Source: an uncultured delta proteobacterium (GTDB lineage Bacteria; Myxococcota; Kuafuiibacteriia; Kuafuiibacteriales; Kuafuiibacteriaceae). From it: a stretch of 64,000 nucleotides of DNA. A program made the translations under genes and the position numbers. The DNA lies in assembly GCA_963803435.1 (NCBI GenBank), contig CAWDML010000001.1, positions 800,001 through 864,000 on the forward strand, written 5' to 3'. A model generated the notes under the pieces. It was not told where the DNA came from. It worked only from the letters and a program-made list of their open reading frames with translations, and did not search any database. Shown here piece by piece: positions 59,100-64,000 of the stretch (position 1 is its first letter; each line of letters starts with the position of its first letter).

Positions 59100-60769
59100 C
59101 AGCTCGGAATGACCCCCGCGACGGTGAGCGCGGACTTCAACACACCGCCGATGCCCTCGGCGACGATGCAGCCGACCGCGATCGTGGTGAGCGTGATCTC
59201 GCGGAGCTTCAACCCGCGGCCGAGCACGATGAACAGGACGAAGCCGCCCAGGAAGAACGCGAGGTCGTACGAGATCGGGAGGACCAGGCCGAGCCCGAGG
59301 CCGATCGAGTCCGGCAGGATCCGCTTCATCGGCTTGAAGCGCTCCAGCAGAACATAGACCACGCCGATCGCCCCTGCGATCAGCATGGCCTCGGTGGCGA
59401 AGGGCGGCATCGCCGTCTTCCCCTCGAAGATCAGCGCGGAGGTGGCCCACATCTTGGCGACCGGCGCCGGCAGCCCCTTTCCCTCGAGGGTCAGGCTGTA
59501 CGTGGCCGCGATCTGCGTGAACACCCACGCCGAGACCAGTGCGCACGGGATGACGGTGGCGGCCTGCGCCCAGAACTGCCACCGCGAGGGCACCTTGAGC
59601 CAGCGGCCATAGGCCAGGTCGCCGGTGAGCACGCCGGCCTGGGCGCCGCTGCCGGCCACGTAGCCGGCGCCGGTGAGGTTCTGCGCGGCGCTCGCGCCGC
59701 CCGCCAGCGCGCAGGCGCCCTGCAGCAACACGCCCATGACGCGCGCCGGATTGAAGGCGGTCTGTGCGGCGGCGCGGGTGGCGATGATGTTCTGGATGAA
59801 GCCGCCCAGGATCACGAGGATCAAGATCAGGAGAACGTTGAGATTCATCGCGAAGGCGCCGTGCAGCACGGCGAGCGTCAGGGCGATCGCCGCCAGGATC
59901 CGGAACCCGCGCGGCCCGATGATCGGATCGTCGTCCTCCCCGGTCTTCTTGAGCGCCACCAGCGACCGCAGCCCCGCGATCACCACGCGCCAGTTGAGCG
60001 CCAGCGCGGCGAGCCCGGAGGAGACCAGGAACCCGATGCCAGGCCAGATGTAGTGATGGGGCGCGGACGGCTCCGGCAAGTGCGGCGCCATCACCAGCAG
60101 GATCAGCCCGCCGCTCAGGAACCCAACGCAGGTGCGGAAGCCCATCAGATAGGCGCCGCCGATCGCGAAGGGCGACCAGGAGATCGCGGCGCCGTAGGCA
60201 GCCAGGCCGAAGATCGGGAGCGCGGTCCCCTCCGGGACGAAGCCGAAGCCGCCGTCGTCGTTCATCACCACCCAGACGATCGCGAGCACGCACGTGATCA
60301 ACAGGTAGAGCGGCTGCCGCTTGTCACCGGCGGTGGTGAGCGCGTCGATCACCGCCTTCACCGCCTTCGACCCGGGCCATGGCAGATCCTCCTTCAGGAT
60401 CAAGAGGTCGCGGAGCGGGATGGTGAACAGGAGGCCGACCACGCTGGTGACCACCGCAAACCCAGCCATCTCCAGGAACGTGTAGGAGGCGCCCGTGGCC
60501 ATGGTCTTGGCGGCGTAAAAGTTGCTGATGAATCCGAGCGAGCCACCCGCGCTCCCCATCGTCGACACCACCACCATCTCGTCCGAGGTGATCGCCGTAC
60601 GCGAGAGGAAGAAGAACGCGAAGAAGAACAGGGCTGCGATCGTCGGTCCCTCCTCGATGACGCCGAACGAGAGCGTGAGATAGGAGTTCACGCCGCAGAG
60701 CAGGATCGCGAGCGCGAATCCCGAGATCACGGCGCGGGTGGAGGGTCGCTTCGAGGACGGCGTGAGCAC
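59099..60769 (-). CDS. OPT/YSL-family oligopeptide transporter
   Basis: N.YL.L..G, L.WPGS.A, GDL.YG.....P.R.Q, LPAP.A.MW. Confidence 0.88.
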   Translation of the reverse strand: MLTPSSKRPSTRAVISGFALAILLCGVNSYLTLSFGVIEEGPTIAALFFFAFFFLSRTAITSDEMVVVSTMGSAGGSLGFISNFYAAKTMATGASYTFLEMAGFAVVTSVVGLLFTIPLRDLLILKEDLPWPGSKAVKAVIDALTTAGDKRQPLYLLITCVLAIVWVVMNDDGGFGFVPEGTALPIFGLAAYGAAISWSPFAIGGAYLMGFRTCVGFLSGGLILLVMAPHLPEPSAPHHYIWPGIGFLVSSGLAALALNWRVVIAGLRSLVALKKTGEDDDPIIGPRGFRILAAIALTLAVLHGAFAMNLNVLLILILVILGGFIQNIIATRAAAQTAFNPARVMGVLLQGACALAGGASAAQNLTGAGYVAGSGAQAGVLTGDLAYGRWLKVPSRWQFWAQAATVIPCALVSAWVFTQIAATYSLTLEGKGLPAPVAKMWATSALIFEGKTAMPPFATEAMLIAGAIGVVYVLLERFKPMKRILPDSIGLGLGLVLPISYDLAFFLGGFVLFIVLGRGLKLREITLTTIAVGCIVAEGIGGVLKSALTVAGVIPS

Positions 60770-60852
60770 GTCGCCCGCTGGTCACCCCGAAGGAGACGCC
60801 GGTCAAGTCACTTGCGGCGGGGCGCCCGGAACCCTATCTGGAGAGGGGCCAG

Positions 60853-63105
60853 GTGGATCAGCCGTCGATCATCATCCTCGCATCGACTGCGTTCGTGCTC
60901 CTGTCGATCGGGCTCTCCTGGGCGCTTCTCCACCAGCGCCGGATCCGCCGCGACGCCCTCACGCACGCGCGGGCCGTCGAAGAGGAGCGCCACATCCCGC
61001 AGTCGCTCCACCCGGTCATCGACGCCAACGTCTGCATCGGCAGCTTGAGCTGCATCAAGGCGTGCCCCGAGGGAGACATCCTCGGCATCGTCAAAGGGAC
61101 GGCCTCGCTGATCGAGGCCTCCAACTGCATCGGCCATGGACGATGCGCCCTCGAGTGTCCCGTAGGCGCGATCAAGCTCGTGTTCGGCAGCAGCGAGCGC
61201 GGCGTGGATCTCCCCGAGGTCGACGAGAACTTTCAGTCGAGCCGCTCGGGCGTGTTCATCGTCGGCGAGCTCTCGGGCATGGGCCTGATCAAGAACGCGA
61301 TCGCGCAGGGTCTCGAAGCCGGCGCCTACCTCGGTGAGACGCTCACCGGCGAGCCGACTCCTCCCGGCGCGGTCGACGTGGTGATCGTGGGGGCCGGCCC
61401 CGCAGGCCTCGCGGCCGCGATCTCGCTCCGTCAGGCGGGGAGGACGTTCCGCCTCCTCGAGCAGCAGAAGCTGGGCGGTTCGGTGGTCCAGTATCCAAGG
61501 CAGAAGATCGTGATGACGGAGCGCGCGCGCATCCCCGGGTTTGGTGCGTTCGGCAAGAACCGGATGTCGAAGGAGGAGCTGCTCGCCGGGATGCGTCGCC
61601 TCGTCTCTCACTTCCACCTCGAGGTCGAGGAAGGCCGGCACGTCACCAAGATCGAGGGGTCGAACGACGACTTCATCGTTCGCACCGACGCGGGCGAGGT
61701 ACGGGGACGGAGAGTGGTGCTCGCGATCGGACGTCGCGGCACGCCGCGGAGGCTGGGCGTACCTGGCGAGGAGCGCGAGAAGGTCACCTACGGGCTCACC
61801 GATCCCGAGCAGTATGCGGGGCGCCGGATGTTGATCGTCGGCGGAGGCGACTCCGCGATCGAGGCCGCGCTGATGCTCGCGCGGGAGACCGACGCCCAGG
61901 TCACCGTTTCGTATCGCGGCCCCGCCTTCGGCCGCTGCCGGGCCGCGAATCGCGAGGCGATCGCGGAGGCGATCGAGCGCGGTCGGATCGAGGCGCTGAT
62001 GCCCTCGCAGGTCACCGCGATCGAAGCGCAGTCGGTGCGCCTCTCCACGACCTCAGGAGAGGTTGCGATCGCCAACGACTACGTGGTGATCTGCGCCGGC
62101 GGCGAGCTTCCGCTCGAGATGCTCCAGGCCTCGGAGATCAGCCTCAAACGACACGTCGGCGAGCAGGCCATCGCGGCTCCGGTGGCGCGCCCCTGGCGGC
62201 AGCGAGGCCTCGGATATCGATCGACGCCCGAGCTCGAGGCCGCCCGCACCCATCGCTTCAGCTGGCTCCTGTTCGCCCTCGGAGTCTCGATCGTCGCCGC
62301 GCTCGCCTCGCTGGGCTGGGACTATTACCCGCTGTCGCACGCAGCCCGTCTGAAGTCCGCGCTCCATCCCTCCCTCAAGCCGTCGGGCCCGATCGGTCAC
62401 AGCATCGGCGTGGTGGCGACGCTGGTGATGATGTCGAACTTCCTCTACGCGCTGCGGAAGCGGTGGAAGCGACTCAAGGGCGCAGCCCCGATCGCCCGCT
62501 GGCTCAGCTTTCACGTGTTCGTCGGCCTGGTGAGCCCCGCAGTGATCGCCTTCCACGCCGCCTTTCAGTGGAACAACGCGGTCGCCACCTCGACCTTCCT
62601 CTCGCTGCTCGTGGTCGTGCTCACCGGTCTGGCCGGACGCTTCGCCTACGGTCTCATCCCCTCGCAGCAAGGGAAGGCGATCGCGCTGGGCGAGCTGACC
62701 GCGCAGATGGAGCGACTCCGCGGCGAGGCCTTCCACGAGTCGGTCCGATCCTCGAACCCCACCCGGTTGCGCCAGCTGATCAAAGAACTCACGTCCATCG
62801 AGACGCAAGACCGCCCGTTCCTCCAGCTGTTCCTTCGCTATCCCCAGACGGCGCTGTCCACGCGCTGGACCCTGCGCCGCCTCCGCCCCCTCTTTGGCGC
62901 GCGCGTGGACTACGCCGCCTTCCGGCACACGGCGATCGCGATCGGCCGCATGCACACCGAGATCGAGTTCTACAGCGCTCTGCGGCGCTTCCTCGGCTGG
63001 TGGCGCCCGGTCCACGTGATGCTCGCGATCCTCCTCGTGCTCGTCATGAGCCTGCACATCGGCGTCTCGCTCTACGTCGGTTACGGATGGTCGTTGTTCC
63101 GGTGA
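60853..63105 (+). CDS. Fusion: ferredoxin-like + FAD/NAD(P)H oxidoreductase (TrxB/YpdA-like) + His-rich TM domain
   Basis: CIGSLSCIKACP, CIGHGRCALECP, GAGPAG, GGGDSA, TM helices with His residues. Confidence 0.88.
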   Translation: MDQPSIIILASTAFVLLSIGLSWALLHQRRIRRDALTHARAVEEERHIPQSLHPVIDANVCIGSLSCIKACPEGDILGIVKGTASLIEASNCIGHGRCALECPVGAIKLVFGSSERGVDLPEVDENFQSSRSGVFIVGELSGMGLIKNAIAQGLEAGAYLGETLTGEPTPPGAVDVVIVGAGPAGLAAAISLRQAGRTFRLLEQQKLGGSVVQYPRQKIVMTERARIPGFGAFGKNRMSKEELLAGMRRLVSHFHLEVEEGRHVTKIEGSNDDFIVRTDAGEVRGRRVVLAIGRRGTPRRLGVPGEEREKVTYGLTDPEQYAGRRMLIVGGGDSAIEAALMLARETDAQVTVSYRGPAFGRCRAANREAIAEAIERGRIEALMPSQVTAIEAQSVRLSTTSGEVAIANDYVVICAGGELPLEMLQASEISLKRHVGEQAIAAPVARPWRQRGLGYRSTPELEAARTHRFSWLLFALGVSIVAALASLGWDYYPLSHAARLKSALHPSLKPSGPIGHSIGVVATLVMMSNFLYALRKRWKRLKGAAPIARWLSFHVFVGLVSPAVIAFHAAFQWNNAVATSTFLSLLVVVLTGLAGRFAYGLIPSQQGKAIALGELTAQMERLRGEAFHESVRSSNPTRLRQLIKELTSIETQDRPFLQLFLRYPQTALSTRWTLRRLRPLFGARVDYAAFRHTAIAIGRMHTEIEFYSALRRFLGWWRPVHVMLAILLVLVMSLHIGVSLYVGYGWSLFR

Positions 63106-64000
63106 GGCGCGCGGCGGCAGCCCTGCTGATCGCAGGCACGACGGCGCTGCCGGGGGCGGCGTCCGCCCAGTTGTTCTCGCCGGGGAAGCTGGCGCGCGCG
63201 CACGCGTCGCTCGAGGGCCTCAGCCGCTGCACCGAGTGTCATCAGACGGGCAAGGAGCTCTCACCGGAGCGATGTCTCGACTGCCACGACGAGCTGGCCG
63301 GCTCCGTGCGAGCGCACCGCGGCTATCACGGCCGGATCCCGGACGCGAAGCGCAACTGCGAGCGCTGCCATCACGAGCATCAGGGGCTCGAGGCGGCGCT
63401 GATCGACTGGACGCCGAAGCGGTTCGATCACCGCCAGGCGGGCTACCCGCTCGACGGCAAGCACGCGAAGGTCGAGTGCGAGGCGTGCCACGATCCGCGC
63501 CTGATCAGCGACCCGGTCGTCGCGGCGCGCCTCGCGAAGCCGACCAAGACCGAGACGTATCTCGGGCTCTCCACCCGCTGCGCGGCCTGCCACTTCGACG
63601 AGCACCGCGGTCAGGAGGGGGACGACTGCAAGCGCTGTCACGACACCGCCGGGTGGAAGCCGGCCAACGGGTTCGACCACGCGAAGACGAAGTTCGCGCT
63701 CCGCGGCGCCCATGCCGCCGTCGAGTGCGCGAAGTGTCACCGGACCGAGGACGACACCAGCACGCTCACCACCACCTTCCCGGCGCCGGTGGCCAGGACC
63801 TTCGCCCGCTACGCGCCCGTAGCGCACGAGGCCTGCACGGACTGCCACCAAGATCCGCATCGCGGCCGCCTCGGTGTCGACTGTACCTCGTGTCATGACG
63901 AGGAGGACTGGAAGAAGGTGGACCGCGAGGCGATATCGGCCCCGACGTTCCACGATCGCACCCGTTATCCGCTGACCGGTGAGCACCGCAAGGTAGCTTG
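63102..64000 (+). CDS. Multiheme cytochrome c (runs off the window)
   Basis: Not in the ORF track. GTG start with signal peptide; nine CxxCH (CTECH, CLDCH, CERCH, CEACH, CAACH, CKRCH, CAKCH, CTDCH, CTSCH) with FDH..PL.G.H spacers. Confidence 0.93.
   Translation, partial: MRRAAAALLIAGTTALPGAASAQLFSPGKLARAHASLEGLSRCTECHQTGKELSPERCLDCHDELAGSVRAHRGYHGRIPDAKRNCERCHHEHQGLEAALIDWTPKRFDHRQAGYPLDGKHAKVECEACHDPRLISDPVVAARLAKPTKTETYLGLSTRCAACHFDEHRGQEGDDCKRCHDTAGWKPANGFDHAKTKFALRGAHAAVECAKCHRTEDDTSTLTTTFPAPVARTFARYAPVAHEACTDCHQDPHRGRLGVDCTSCHDEEDWKKVDREAISAPTFHDRTRYPLTGEHRKVA

Noticed and set aside
1-64000. tRNA or rRNA genes
   Set aside because: None were recognised by eye; no covariance search was run.

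Overview
Very GC-rich bacterial chromosomal window whose gene content is typical of Myxococcota: five Ser/Thr kinases, ECF sigma factors paired with a kinase or FecR, an FHA-AAA activator and Cys-rich 'PDAG' lipoproteins. The taxonomy is an inference. Metabolic genes include tkt, a PPK2 polyphosphate:AMP phosphotransferase, polyphosphate glucokinase, carbamate kinase, a sirtuin and an OPT transporter. Three small mobile-element junk patches (about 1-1662, 31750-32430, 49280-50600) each hold a 5' piece of the same group II intron. Its predicted EBS1 pairs with a host NNGTCGA heptamer repeat. A CTAG-bounded IS1182-derived element carries a four-helix-bundle passenger between hexamer-repeat inverted arms. 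All four frameshifts in host genes are repaired by restoring a GATC, which suggests methylation-linked sequencing errors. The best candidates for uncharacterised systems are a tandem pair of GNAT-like paralogs (29.5-31.1 kb), two small paralogous orphan genes with CGTCCG-rich upstream regions (33.4 and 38.3 kb), a Pyr4/XiaE-like membrane terpene cyclase divergent from an MpaB/Lcp-like oxygenase (42.9-44.8 kb), and a ferredoxin-FAD-membrane fusion coupled to a multiheme cytochrome (60.9-64 kb). All calls come from reading motifs by eye; no database search was run.
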